NCBI GenBank assembly: GCA_044344255.1
Contig: JBIJDH010000035.1
Coordinates: 1-55,881 of the forward strand
DNA length: 55,881 nucleotides
DNA from: Myxococcota bacterium
GTDB lineage: Bacteria > Myxococcota_A > UBA796 > UBA2385
Reading direction: 5' to 3'
Within the stretch, counting starts at the first letter, position 1. Each line of letters opens with the position of its first letter. The notes beneath the pieces are model-generated. The model was not told the origin of the DNA. It searched no databases and saw only the letters and a program-made list of their open reading frames with translations. Both the position numbers and the translations under genes were made by a program. Shown one piece after another: positions 8,863 through 18,376 of the stretch.

Positions 8863-9442
8863 GTCTCTGACGAGCCTCTCGGGCGCCGAGCGGCGCCGTC
8901 GCGGACGCGCGCTCGCAGGCTTGCTCCTCCTCGGCGCCGCCCTCCTGCCCCTCCGGGCCCGCTTCGCGGCCTCGCCCGAAGAGCCCGCGGCGCTCCAGGT
9001 GGTGGAGGTGCGGGGGCTCGTGCCGCGTCCGGGCTTCTACCGCCTCAAGGCGCCGGTCTCCGCCTGGGCGGCCCTGGAGGCGAGCGGCCTCTCCCCTGCC
9101 CTCCCCCTGCCCGACGCCGCCCTGCCCGCGGGGGCGCGCCTCCGCTTCACCGGGGCCGCCTGGAGCCTCGAGCCCATCGATGAGGTCGTCACGCTCGGCC
9201 TCCCCGTCGATGTCAACAACGCCACCGCCGCCGCCCTCTCCCGGGTGCCGGGGCTCGGCCTGGGGCTGGCAGAGGCCATCGTCGCCGACCGGTTGGCCCG
9301 GGGCCCCTTCCGCGACCTCGACGCCCTCGACCGCGTGAGCGGCGTCGGGCCGGCCACCCTCGCCGCCCTCCGCCCGCACCTCTCGCTCGGCCCCGATCTC
9401 GAGGCCCAGGCTCAGTTCAAGGGCTCGAAGGGCAGCTTCTGA
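8855..9442 (+). CDS. comEA: ComEA-like helix-hairpin-helix DNA-binding protein
   Basis: N-terminal TM, SLBB-like V.G.V..PG.Y, VDVNNAT..L..VPGLG..LA..IV..R...GPF...L..V.GVG. Confidence 0.85.
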   Translation: MDESLTSLSGAERRRRGRALAGLLLLGAALLPLRARFAASPEEPAALQVVEVRGLVPRPGFYRLKAPVSAWAALEASGLSPALPLPDAALPAGARLRFTGAAWSLEPIDEVVTLGLPVDVNNATAAALSRVPGLGLGLAEAIVADRLARGPFRDLDALDRVSGVGPATLAALRPHLSLGPDLEAQAQFKGSKGSF

Positions 9443-10074
9443 CGTAGCCATGCCCCGGCCTCGGCGAGGCGCGAGGGCACGGCGATCTGCGGGAGCGACA
9501 CCACCGGGACATCGAGCTGCTCGCGCAGGTCTTCCAGGTTCCAACGGGCGAGATCGACGTGGCACTCGAAGGCGTCGTTGAGCACCACCCCGGCCACCCG
9601 GCAGCCGCTGGCCCGGATGGCGTCCACCGTGAGCAGCGTGTGGTTGAGCACGCCGAGCTTGTTGGCGGCGACGACCAGCACCGGGAAGCCGAGCGCGACG
9701 GCGAGATCGGCGATGGTCGAGCGCCCGACGATCGGCACCCGCCAGCCGCCCACGCCCTCGACGAGCAGGGGCTCTCCCTCCTGCTCCTCGATCCAGTCGA
9801 TGATCTCGTGCATGAAGAGCTCTTCGTCGGCCTCCTTGGCGGCGCGTGCCGGAGAGGCGGCGGTGTGGAGCGTCAGCCAGCTCTGGGGGCGATGCCCGGC
9901 GGCCTGACCGAGCAGCACGGCGTCCTCGCTCGGGGGTAACGAGCCCGTGGCCAGCGGCTTCAGCGCCCGGACCGGGCGCCCAGCGGCGCGGAGCCCAGCG
10001 GCGAGGGCGGCGGTGACCACGGTCTTGCCGACGCCGGTGTCCGTGCCGGTGATGAACAGCCCGTCGCGCTTCAT
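9412..10074 (-). CDS. bioD: Dethiobiotin synthase
   Basis: FITGTDTGVGKT, KP.ATG, VEGVGG, LG.LNHTLLT. Confidence 0.95.
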   Translation of the reverse strand: MKRDGLFITGTDTGVGKTVVTAALAAGLRAAGRPVRALKPLATGSLPPSEDAVLLGQAAGHRPQSWLTLHTAASPARAAKEADEELFMHEIIDWIEEQEGEPLLVEGVGGWRVPIVGRSTIADLAVALGFPVLVVAANKLGVLNHTLLTVDAIRASGCRVAGVVLNDAFECHVDLARWNLEDLREQLDVPVVSLPQIAVPSRLAEAGAWLRQKLPFEPLN

Positions 10075-10631
10075 CCGCGCACCGGGCCGTCACCGGCGGG
10101 GCGCTCGTCGACACCGGGCCCGCGCGTCTCTCCCTCCGGGCCGTCACCGTCGGGGCCATCGCTGTCGTCGGCCTCACCGGCCTCGCCGGCCTCGCCCTTG
10201 GGCTTGCGGGGGGCGACGAGATCGAGGATGGCCTCGGTGGTCTTGTAGAGGCCGCCGGCGAGGCTGCGGATCCCCTCGGTGAGCGGGGCCTCGCCCTCTC
10301 GCGCCTCGACGGGATCGGCGCTGTGCTTCAAGGTCTCGCCGACCACCTGGATGGGATCGGTGGGGTGGGCCTTCAAGCTCTCGCCGGCCGCCTTGAGGAA
10401 GCGACCCACGGTGTCACCGACCTGGTCGACCGTCCGATCGGCCTCGGCGCCCAGCACGCTGCGCTCCGGGTTCGTCGCCCGCCCGGTGACCCCGGCCCCG
10501 AGCAGGCGGGTCATCACGCCGCCGAAGACCTTCCCGAGCTGATCGATGCCCACCTCGAGCTCGGAGGCCTGCTTCTTGTCGTCTTCGCCGCTCGGTCGGT
10601 CGCTCGGGGACTCAGCCTTGGACTCGGGCAT
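10071..10631 (-). CDS. Hypothetical protein (amphipathic helices, acidic tail)
   Basis: Overlaps both neighbours in the same direction and shows coding-like codon bias; no recognised domain. Confidence 0.7.
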   Translation of the reverse strand: MPESKAESPSDRPSGEDDKKQASELEVGIDQLGKVFGGVMTRLLGAGVTGRATNPERSVLGAEADRTVDQVGDTVGRFLKAAGESLKAHPTDPIQVVGETLKHSADPVEAREGEAPLTEGIRSLAGGLYKTTEAILDLVAPRKPKGEAGEAGEADDSDGPDGDGPEGETRGPGVDERPAGDGPVRG

Positions 10632-11442
10632 CGACACCTCCGGCCGCCACGTATCCGTCGCCCTCCTGGCGCGCCTCGCCCCTCCCCACGAGCCAGTCGA
10701 GGTGGGCCGTCACCTGCAGTGCAGCGATTCCGTAAAAGGAGGCCGGGAGGTCTGGGTAGATCGCCGCGACCAGCGCCTCGGGGCGGGCGGGGCCACGCGC
10801 GGCGTGGAGACCGGCGCGGACCTGTTCGCTGCGCATGTGGCGATGGCGGATGTACTGGCCGACCGCCTCGGGGGGCAGGGTGGGGCCATGCGCGGGGACG
10901 AGGCGCGCCGCCCCGAGCGCGCCGAGTCGGCTGAGGTGGTGCAGGTAGTCGCCGAGATCACCGTCTCCGGGCACGATCAGGATCGTGCCCACACCCGCGA
11001 GCATGTCGCCCACGACCGCGCTCCCATCGCGCTCATCGAAGAGGCAGAGGTGCCCCGGGGCGTGCCCGGGCGTGTGCAGCACCTGCCAAGCGCGGCCCTC
11101 GACCTCGACGCGGTCGCCCTCGTCGAGCAGGCCATCGACCGCAAAGGAGAGGCGGGCCGCGGTGGCGGAGTGGGCAAAGATCGGCGCGCCAGTGCGAGCC
11201 CGGAGATCTTGCGCCCCGCCCATGTGATCGGGGTGGTGATGGCTGAGCACGATGCGCTCCACCTCTCCGCTCGCCAGGGCCAGCGCGAGGGAGGCCTGAT
11301 CCGCCGCCTCCACGCCCGCCGGATCGATCACCGTGTAACGCCGCGCGCCCAGCACCACGGCGTTGGTGTGGGTGGCGGGCAGCAACGTCGGGCTGCGGAC
11401 GGGGACCTGCGCGAGCCCCGGGGCGATGGGCTCGAGCGCCAT
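10612..11442 (-). CDS. MBL-fold metallo-hydrolase (LACTB2-like)
   Basis: SPTL.PATHTN, SHHHPDHMGG, HTPGHAPGH, VGD, PAHG, followed by a C-terminal winged-helix-like segment. Confidence 0.9.
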   Translation of the reverse strand: MALEPIAPGLAQVPVRSPTLLPATHTNAVVLGARRYTVIDPAGVEAADQASLALALASGEVERIVLSHHHPDHMGGAQDLRARTGAPIFAHSATAARLSFAVDGLLDEGDRVEVEGRAWQVLHTPGHAPGHLCLFDERDGSAVVGDMLAGVGTILIVPGDGDLGDYLHHLSRLGALGAARLVPAHGPTLPPEAVGQYIRHRHMRSEQVRAGLHAARGPARPEALVAAIYPDLPASFYGIAALQVTAHLDWLVGRGEARQEGDGYVAAGGVDARVQG

Positions 11443-11445
11443 CGA

Positions 11446-13032
11446 TCAGCCGAACCGCCAGAAGAGGAAGGTCAGGCCGACGAGCAGCAGGAGCGCGCCC
11501 ATCACCATCCCAGCGACCTCGGCGGGCAGGAAGTCCGGCAGGCCCTCGCTCAAGCGAGCCTGCATCTGCATCATCTGGTCTCGAAGGCGATCGGAGGGCG
11601 AGAGGGCGGGGAGCGCGCCCTCCGCGGCCTGGGGAGGGAGCGACGCGGCCTCCGCGGGGGGGGGGGGCGGGGGGCGCAGGGAGGGCGGCGGCGCGGGCGC
11701 GGGCGACTGCTCCGACGGCGGCGGCTCCTCGTCGGCGGGCATGAGCTCGGGGATGGCGGGCAGCTCGTCGCGGGTGGCCCAGCGGTGGCTGGACGGCTCT
11801 GGATCGGGCGGCGCGAAGGAGGCGAAGGTCGGCGGATCGGCGTAGGGCGGCGGCGGCAGCGGGCGGCCTCGCGGCGCCTCGGGCTCGACCGCGTTGATCC
11901 GCACCGGCTCGCTGCGGCGGGGGCGGATGGGGGCAGGCGCGGGCAGGTCAGCCGACACAGTGGGATCCGCCTCGGGGAAGCCGAGGGGCGGGCTCACCAT
12001 GGGCTGGGGCTCGACCCACTGGATCGGCGCCGACATCGGCTCCCCGGAGGGACGAGGGACCCGGAGCGGCAGGCCCTCGGACCGGAGCATCTGCGTGGGC
12101 AGGTCGTCGTCTTCCGCCGCTTGACCGGTCTCGATCTCGGGCTCGGGCGGCGGCGCGAGGATGTGGAGGGCGCGGCTCGTGAGGGCCAGGCGGTCGGGGC
12201 GCCCGCCGGCCTCCCGCTGCGCGGAGAGGAGCTCACGGAGGAGGTCAGCCTCCCGCTCGTATCGGTCCCCTGCGGCGGGGGCGAGCATCCGGACCAGCAC
12301 GCGGGCCATCGAGGGGCTGCTCCGCTCTACCTTCTCGATCCAGGGCCCCACTCGGCCGTTGAGGGCGTCCGCCTTTCGGTCGCGGCTGCCGGTGTAGAGG
12401 CGCTCGCCGCAGAGCAGCTCGACGGCGATCGCGCCGAGGGACCACTGGTCGGAGCGGGAGTCGAGGAAGGCGCCGGCGGCCTGCTCAGGCGGGGTGTAGC
12501 CGGCGTGGGTGCCCGGCGGGATCTGCCCGAAGCCCATCAGCGTGACCGCGCCGGTGCTGGTCAGGCGGACACGAGAAGACGAGAGGTGCGTGTGGACGAT
12601 GCCGCCCTTCGGCCCGACCACGGCGTGCGCGTGGCGCGCGGCGTGGGCGATCTCGACGACAATGTCGATGGCCGTGGCCTGATCGATGAGGACCCGCCCC
12701 TCCTTTGAGAGGCCGATGATGTCGGCCAGGGTGACCCCGTCGACGTGGCTCATCGCGATGGCGCAGTGGCTCGCGTAAAAGCCGAAGGCCTTTGGGATGT
12801 GGGGGTCGTCAAGGGCCCGCAGCACATTGTATTCGTAGCGGATGCGGGCGCTGGTGCGTTCATCCTTGGGGTTGTCCGCGGCGCGGACCTCGACCACGCG
12901 GGGCTCTCGTGTGCCCTCGGGGCGGATCGCCCGGTAGAGCGTGGTCCCCCGGTCGGTGTCGAGCACCTCGAGGAGCTGGAAGGGCCCGACGCGGGTGCCT
13001 GCGGGGAGAGGTACGGATTCCGTGCTGGGCAT
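11446..13032 (-). CDS. Membrane-anchored Hanks-type pseudokinase
   Basis: Kinase C-lobe motifs remain (Y.PPEQ, D.RSDQWSLG), but the Gly loop, VAIK (VEVR), HRD..N (HTHLSSSR) and DFG (GFG) are lost. Pro-rich linker and C-terminal TM. Confidence 0.85.
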   Translation of the reverse strand: MPSTESVPLPAGTRVGPFQLLEVLDTDRGTTLYRAIRPEGTREPRVVEVRAADNPKDERTSARIRYEYNVLRALDDPHIPKAFGFYASHCAIAMSHVDGVTLADIIGLSKEGRVLIDQATAIDIVVEIAHAARHAHAVVGPKGGIVHTHLSSSRVRLTSTGAVTLMGFGQIPPGTHAGYTPPEQAAGAFLDSRSDQWSLGAIAVELLCGERLYTGSRDRKADALNGRVGPWIEKVERSSPSMARVLVRMLAPAAGDRYEREADLLRELLSAQREAGGRPDRLALTSRALHILAPPPEPEIETGQAAEDDDLPTQMLRSEGLPLRVPRPSGEPMSAPIQWVEPQPMVSPPLGFPEADPTVSADLPAPAPIRPRRSEPVRINAVEPEAPRGRPLPPPPYADPPTFASFAPPDPEPSSHRWATRDELPAIPELMPADEEPPPSEQSPAPAPPPSLRPPPPPPAEAASLPPQAAEGALPALSPSDRLRDQMMQMQARLSEGLPDFLPAEVAGMVMGALLLLVGLTFLFWRFG

Positions 13033-13033
13033 T

Positions 13034-16000
13034 TTACAGGTTCCGCCTGTATTCGCCGCCGACCTCATAGAGGGCGTGGGTGATCTGGCCGAGGCTCGCG
13101 ACCCGCGTGGTCCGCATCAGCTCGGCGAAGATGTTGCCGCCGCAACGCGCCACCTCGCGGAGCGCGCGGAGGGCTGGCTCGACCTCGTCCTGGTGACGCG
13201 CTTGAAAGGCCCGCAGGCGATGGATCTGGTCGGTCTTCTCGGCCGGGCTGGCCCGACGGAGCTCGACCGGCGGAGGCTCCCAGTCGGCCCCAGCGGTGGC
13301 GGGATCGACGAAGGTGTTGATGCCGATGAGCGGAAGCTCCCCCGAGTGCTTTTGCCCCTCGTAGAAGAGGCTCTCCTCCTGGATCTTCGTGCGCTGGTAC
13401 TGGGTCTCCATGGCCCCCAGCACGCCGCCGCGGCGATCGATCGCCTCGAATTCCCGAAGGACCGCCGCTTCGACCAGGGCGGTGAGCTCTTCGACCACGA
13501 AGGAGCCCTGGATCGCGTTCTCGTTCTTCATCAAGCCGAATTCGGCGTTGAGGATCTTCTGGATCGCCATCGCCCGCCGCACGCTCTCCTCCGTGGGCGT
13601 GGTCACCGCCTCGTCGTAGGCGTTGGTGTGCAGGCTGTTGCAGTTGTCGAAGAGGGCGAGCAGGGCCTGAAGGGTGGTGCGGATGTCGTTGAACTGGATC
13701 TCGCGGGCGTGCAGCGAGCGGCCGGAGGTCTGGATGTGGTACTTGAGCTGCTGGCTGCGCGGGCTGGCGCCGTAGAGGCGGTCCATGGCCACGGCCCAGA
13801 TGCGGCGCGCCACCCGGCCGAGCACGGTGTACTCCGGATCCATCCCGTTCGAGAAGAAGAACGAGAGGTTGGGAGCGAAGGCGTCCACCGCCATCCCTCG
13901 GGCCCGGTAATACTCGACCAGGGTGAAGCCGTTCGACAGCGTGAAGGCCAGCTGGCTGACCGGGTTCGCGCCGGCCTCGGCGATGTGGTACCCGCTCACC
14001 GACACCGAATAGTAGTTCCGCACCTTGTGGTCGATGAACCACTGCTGAATATCGCCCATCATGCGGAGGGCGAACTCGAGCGAGAAGATGCAGGTGTTCT
14101 GCGCCTGGTCCTCCTTCAGGATGTCTGCCTGGACGGTGCCGCGCACCACCGAGACCGCGCGGGCAGACAGGGCGGCCATCTCTTCGGCGCTGGGCGGGCG
14201 GCCCTCCCGAGCCTCGAAGGCAGCCACCTGCTGATCAATCGCGGTGTTGAGGAACATCGCGAGGATGATGGGCGCCGGTCCGTTGATGGTCATCGACACG
14301 GAGGTGGTCGGTGAGCAGAGGTCAAAGCCCTTGTACAGGAGGGCCATGTCGTCGAGCGTGGCAATACTTACGCCAGACTCGCCGATCTTCCCGTAGATGT
14401 CGGGCCGCTCGTGCGGGTCTTCACCGTAGAGGGTGACGGAGTCGAAGGCGGTGCTGAGCCGCGCGACCCCCTCACCCTTACAGAGGTAATGGAAACGCTC
14501 GTTGGTGCGCGCGGGGCCGCCTTCGCCCGCGAACATCCGCTTCGGCTCCTCGGCGGTGCGCTTGAGCGGGAAGACACCCGCGGTGTACGGGAAGCGCCCC
14601 GGGAGGTTCTCTCGCATCAACCAGGAGAGGCGGTCACCGGGGTCTTGATAGCGGGGGAAGGAGACGCGCGGGATGCTCAGCCCGGAGAGGCTCTTCGTGC
14701 GGAGGGGCTGGTGAATCGCCTCGCCGCGCACCGTATAGACCAGCGTCTCGCCGCTGTAGTCTCGAGCGAGCGCCTCCCAACCATCCAGGGCCTCCCGCGC
14801 CCGCGGATCGAGGGGCAGGGAGGCGGCGCGGGCCCGGAGCTGCGGGGCGAGCTCGGGGCCCATGAGCTGGGCGGCGCCCTCGAGCTGTCCGCGCTGCCGG
14901 GCGAGGGTGGCCTGCTGCTCGATCCAGGCGTGGTAGCCCTCGAGGGTGCGGCTGATCTCGCCGAGGTAGCCGGTGCGCCCGGGGGGGATGATCATGCGGC
15001 GAGGCGGGCTGGCGCGGGTGCCGGGGTCGGGGACGGTGGTGGGCCAGGCGCGACCGTCTCGTGCGGCGACACAGCCGAGGAGGTGACGGTAGACCGCGTT
15101 CACGCCCGGGTCATTGAACTGGGCGGCGATGGTGCCGAAGACGGGCAGGGCCTCATCGGCCACGGTGAAGGCGGCCTGGTTGCGGCGCACCTGCTTACGG
15201 ACGTCGCGCATGGCGTCTTCGGCGCCGCGCCGGTCGAACTTGTTGAGCACGACGAGGTCTGCGTGATCGAGCATGTCGATCTTCTCGAGCTGGCTCGGCG
15301 CGCCGTACTCGGGCGTCATCACGTACAGGTGGATGTCGGAGACGGCGGTGATGCCGCTGCTCCCCTGCCCGATGCCGCTCGTCTCGACGATGATGAGGTC
15401 AAAGCCCGCGAGCTTACAGAGGGCCACCGCCTCGGGGATGGCGGCGGAGAGCTCGACCCCGCCCTCTCGCGTGGCCAGCGAGCGCATGAACACCCGCGGG
15501 TGGCGGGCCGTGTTCATCCGGATGCGATCGCCCAGCAAGGCCCCGCCGGTGCGCCGGCGGGTGGGATCGACGCTGAGCACCGCCACGCGGCGCTCGGGCT
15601 GGTCGTCGACGAAACGACGCACCAGCTCATCGGTGAGGGAGCTCTTACCCGCCCCGCCCGTGCCGGTGATGCCCACTACGGGCGCGCCGCTCCCCCCTGG
15701 GGCCGCTGCTGCGGCGATGGCCTCGCGGAGGGCGGAGGGCACGACCCCCGGGCGAACGATGCCCTCTTCGACCAGCGTGATGGCCTGGGCCAGCGCGCCC
15801 GCTCCGCCGGCGCGGAGGGCGTCGAGGTCTAGCGCCTCGGGGCGAGCGGGGTCCTGGTCGGCGCGATGGATGAGGTCGTCGATCATGCCGATGAGGCCGA
15901 GCCTTCGACCGTCCTCGGGGGAATAGATGCGCTCCACGCCGTAGGTGTGAAGATCGCGGATCTCGTCGCCCACGATCACGCCGCCGCCGCCGCCGAAGAC

Positions 16001-16315
16001 CTTGACATGACCCGCCCCCTGCTCGCGCAGGAGGTCGACCATGTACTTGAAGAACTCGATGTGGCCGCCCTGGTAGGAGCTGAGCGCGATCGCGGCGGCG
16101 TCCTCTTCGATGGCCGCCTTGACGATGTCGGCCACCGCGCGGTTGTGGCCGAGGTGGATGACCTCAACCCCTCCGTCCTGGATCAAGCGACGCATGATGT
16201 TGATGGCGGCGTCGTGCCCGTCAAACAGCGAGGCAGCGGTGACCACCCTCAGCTTGAAACGAGGACGGTACCGGCCTGAATCCGGGCTGACGGGAGGCGT
16301 GGGTGCGTTGCTCAT
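13034..16315 (-). CDS. icmF: Fused isobutyryl-CoA mutase/GTPase IcmF
   Basis: B12 domain DGHD...HLGHNR, MeaB G-domain [20 protein letters not shown], mutase barrel with RMFAGEG (Phe determinant of ICM). Confidence 0.93.
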   Translation of the reverse strand: MSNAPTPPVSPDSGRYRPRFKLRVVTAASLFDGHDAAINIMRRLIQDGGVEVIHLGHNRAVADIVKAAIEEDAAAIALSSYQGGHIEFFKYMVDLLREQGAGHVKVFGGGGGVIVGDEIRDLHTYGVERIYSPEDGRRLGLIGMIDDLIHRADQDPARPEALDLDALRAGGAGALAQAITLVEEGIVRPGVVPSALREAIAAAAAPGGSGAPVVGITGTGGAGKSSLTDELVRRFVDDQPERRVAVLSVDPTRRRTGGALLGDRIRMNTARHPRVFMRSLATREGGVELSAAIPEAVALCKLAGFDLIIVETSGIGQGSSGITAVSDIHLYVMTPEYGAPSQLEKIDMLDHADLVVLNKFDRRGAEDAMRDVRKQVRRNQAAFTVADEALPVFGTIAAQFNDPGVNAVYRHLLGCVAARDGRAWPTTVPDPGTRASPPRRMIIPPGRTGYLGEISRTLEGYHAWIEQQATLARQRGQLEGAAQLMGPELAPQLRARAASLPLDPRAREALDGWEALARDYSGETLVYTVRGEAIHQPLRTKSLSGLSIPRVSFPRYQDPGDRLSWLMRENLPGRFPYTAGVFPLKRTAEEPKRMFAGEGGPARTNERFHYLCKGEGVARLSTAFDSVTLYGEDPHERPDIYGKIGESGVSIATLDDMALLYKGFDLCSPTTSVSMTINGPAPIILAMFLNTAIDQQVAAFEAREGRPPSAEEMAALSARAVSVVRGTVQADILKEDQAQNTCIFSLEFALRMMGDIQQWFIDHKVRNYYSVSVSGYHIAEAGANPVSQLAFTLSNGFTLVEYYRARGMAVDAFAPNLSFFFSNGMDPEYTVLGRVARRIWAVAMDRLYGASPRSQQLKYHIQTSGRSLHAREIQFNDIRTTLQALLALFDNCNSLHTNAYDEAVTTPTEESVRRAMAIQKILNAEFGLMKNENAIQGSFVVEELTALVEAAVLREFEAIDRRGGVLGAMETQYQRTKIQEESLFYEGQKHSGELPLIGINTFVDPATAGADWEPPPVELRRASPAEKTDQIHRLRAFQARHQDEVEPALRALREVARCGGNIFAELMRTTRVASLGQITHALYEVGGEYRRNL

Positions 16316-16417
16316 GGCCTTGGCCCCTAACCAGCCGACGCGCTGGGCGCCGAGACTCGCCCCCAAGCGCCTCTCCCACCTCCCCGTCCCTCGTCCGCCG
16401 CTCACCTCACCGACCGT

Positions 16418-16870
16418 TCAGCCGAGGTCGATGAACACGTCTTGAGCGCCAGCAAAGTTGACGAAGATGCGGTCGTAGCTGAGGTCCATGCGTCGAAGCT
16501 CGAACTGGAACAGAAATTTCGACCCCGAGACGGAGTGGTCTGGCTCAAAGCCGAGCTGGAAGCTGTGCGAGAAGCGCTGCAGGGTGCCCCGGAGCTCAGG
16601 GGCGATGTGGAGCTGGAGGTCGAAGCCCATCAGGCGGACCTTTCGCTCGATGGGTGGGCCCTGGTTTCGGAAGTGGTCGGCGGCGAAGTGGAGATCGCCC
16701 CGGCTCCGCAGCTCCTCCTGAAGCCGGGGAGCGAGGCGTATCCCCAACATGCGCACGATCTCTTCGAGGGGGAGCGTGTGCCCCTCCGGCCGATGACAGA
16801 CGAGGTCGACCAGCGCGCGGACCTCGTTCTTCAAGGCAGGACGGGAGATGCGGAGGGGCTCGCGGAACAT
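16418..16870 (-). CDS. Hypothetical protein
   Basis: MFREPLRISRP... protein-like composition, upstream of icmF on the same strand. Confidence 0.7.
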   Translation of the reverse strand: MFREPLRISRPALKNEVRALVDLVCHRPEGHTLPLEEIVRMLGIRLAPRLQEELRSRGDLHFAADHFRNQGPPIERKVRLMGFDLQLHIAPELRGTLQRFSHSFQLGFEPDHSVSGSKFLFQFELRRMDLSYDRIFVNFAGAQDVFIDLG

Positions 16871-17069
16871 CTTCTGCTCGTTTGCACATCGGTATGGCGG
16901 GCCCGTGGCCCCCCGGCCCGACGGCGGGGATCGTCCCACCGCCGATCGGTGCGTCCGAGGCCGCGCGCCGGGCACAGCCCCGGGCAGGATCGGGGGGTGC
17001 CATGTTATACGGGCCGCCTCTGCTGTGCAGGTGATCCGCTTGGCTGTTCCTCCCCCTGAATCCCTCCCC

Positions 17070-17570
17070 GTGGATGCCGCCCTCTTCAAGGCGGCGATGT
17101 CCCGCTTCGCCTCCGGGGTCACCGTGTTGACGGTCGCCACGCCAGAGGGAGACCACGGGATGACCGCGAGCGCCTTCACCTCGCTCTCCCTGGATCCGCC
17201 GCTGGTGCTGGTCTGTGTGAAGAAGTCCAACCTGACGCACGGCCTCGTCGAGGCCCGGGGCGCCTTCGCGATCAACCTGCTCTCCGCCGATCAGGTCTCG
17301 GTCTCGAACCGCTTCGCCGGCTGGTGGGAGGCGGGTCGCAGCAAGTGGAGCGATCTCGAGCTCGGCCGCGGCCCCGTGAGCGGGGCCGCGATCATCGGCG
17401 GCTGCCTCGCCAGCCTCGACTGCACCTTGCACCACCGGGCGGATGGCGGCGACCACAGCATCTTCATCGGGGCGGTGCAGAGCGTCGCGCTCCTCGCCCG
17501 CGACAAGGCGGCGCTCGAGCCGCTCCTCTACTTCGCGGGCGGCTACCGGTCGGCCGGCGGCCCACTTTGA
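17070..17570 (+). CDS. Flavin reductase family protein
   Basis: FKAAMSRFASGVTV, GMTASAFTSLSLDPPL, GGDHSIFIG, PLLY. Start 17031 or 17070. Confidence 0.92.
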   Translation: MDAALFKAAMSRFASGVTVLTVATPEGDHGMTASAFTSLSLDPPLVLVCVKKSNLTHGLVEARGAFAINLLSADQVSVSNRFAGWWEAGRSKWSDLELGRGPVSGAAIIGGCLASLDCTLHHRADGGDHSIFIGAVQSVALLARDKAALEPLLYFAGGYRSAGGPL

Positions 17571-17629
17571 ATCTTCGGTCTCGTGAACTCTTGATCTTCT
17601 GAATCCAACCGTCTCTTGGGAGGTTGAAC

Positions 17630-18376
17630 ATGGCCAAGGCCAAGCATGTCGTCGTGACCGGAGGGGGCCGCGGCGTCGGCGCCGCGACCGCGCGGCGCTT
17701 CAAGGAGCTCGGCTACCGCGTCACGCTCATGGCGCGAACCCGCAACGAGATCGAGCCGCTGGCCGACGAGATCGGCGCCTACGCGGTGCGGGTCGACGTG
17801 GGTGACCCCGCGAGCGTGGAGGCCGCCTTCATGGCCGCCGGCCCCGTGGACGTGCTCGTCAACAACGCGGGCATGGTGCGGACCTCCCTCGTCACCAAGA
17901 CCGACGTGCGGGTGTGGGAGGAGCACCTGAAGGTGAACCTCACTGGCGCCTTCCTCTGCTCGCTCAAGGTGCTCCCGGGCATGGTGTCGCGCGGCTGGGG
18001 CCGGATCATCAACATCTCGAGCGTCTACGCGATGCGGGGCCAGCCCTACCTCGCGGCCTACAGCGCCTCGAAGGCGGGCCTGCTCGGCTTCACGCGGGCG
18101 TTGGCCGCCGAAGTCGGCGATCAGGGTGTCACCGTCAACGCGATCTGCCCGGGCTTCGTCCAGAGCCCCTTGATGGCCGCCGTGGTGGCGCAGATCGTCG
18201 AGAAGGCCGAGCGCAGCGAAGAAGACGTGCTCCGCCTGCTCCGCGATCGGTCTCCCCAGAAGCGCGCCTTCACCGTGGAGGAGCTGGCCGAGACGATCAG
18301 CTTCTTCGCCACCGAGGGCGCCCGCGGCATCAACGGTCAGACCCTCGTGCTCGACGGCGGTGAGCTCGCCTCCTGA
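17630..18376 (+). CDS. SDR family oxidoreductase (FabG/BdhA-like)
   Basis: TGGGRGVG, NNAG, YSASK, VNAICPG. GGAGG RBS. Confidence 0.93.
   Translation: MAKAKHVVVTGGGRGVGAATARRFKELGYRVTLMARTRNEIEPLADEIGAYAVRVDVGDPASVEAAFMAAGPVDVLVNNAGMVRTSLVTKTDVRVWEEHLKVNLTGAFLCSLKVLPGMVSRGWGRIINISSVYAMRGQPYLAAYSASKAGLLGFTRALAAEVGDQGVTVNAICPGFVQSPLMAAVVAQIVEKAERSEEDVLRLLRDRSPQKRAFTVEELAETISFFATEGARGINGQTLVLDGGELAS

Noticed and set aside
9412..9442. Convergent 3' overlaps (comEA/bioD; also 18337-18376 and 31665-31683) as antisense regulation
   Set aside because: Short tail overlaps are common in compact GC-rich genomes; no further evidence.
10546..12708. Long opposite-strand ORFs (also 6632-8341, 17543-20116, 21726-23609, 49429-51669, 51877-53433 and others)
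   Set aside because: Antisense or off-frame shadows of well-supported genes, with no motifs; expected at high GC3.
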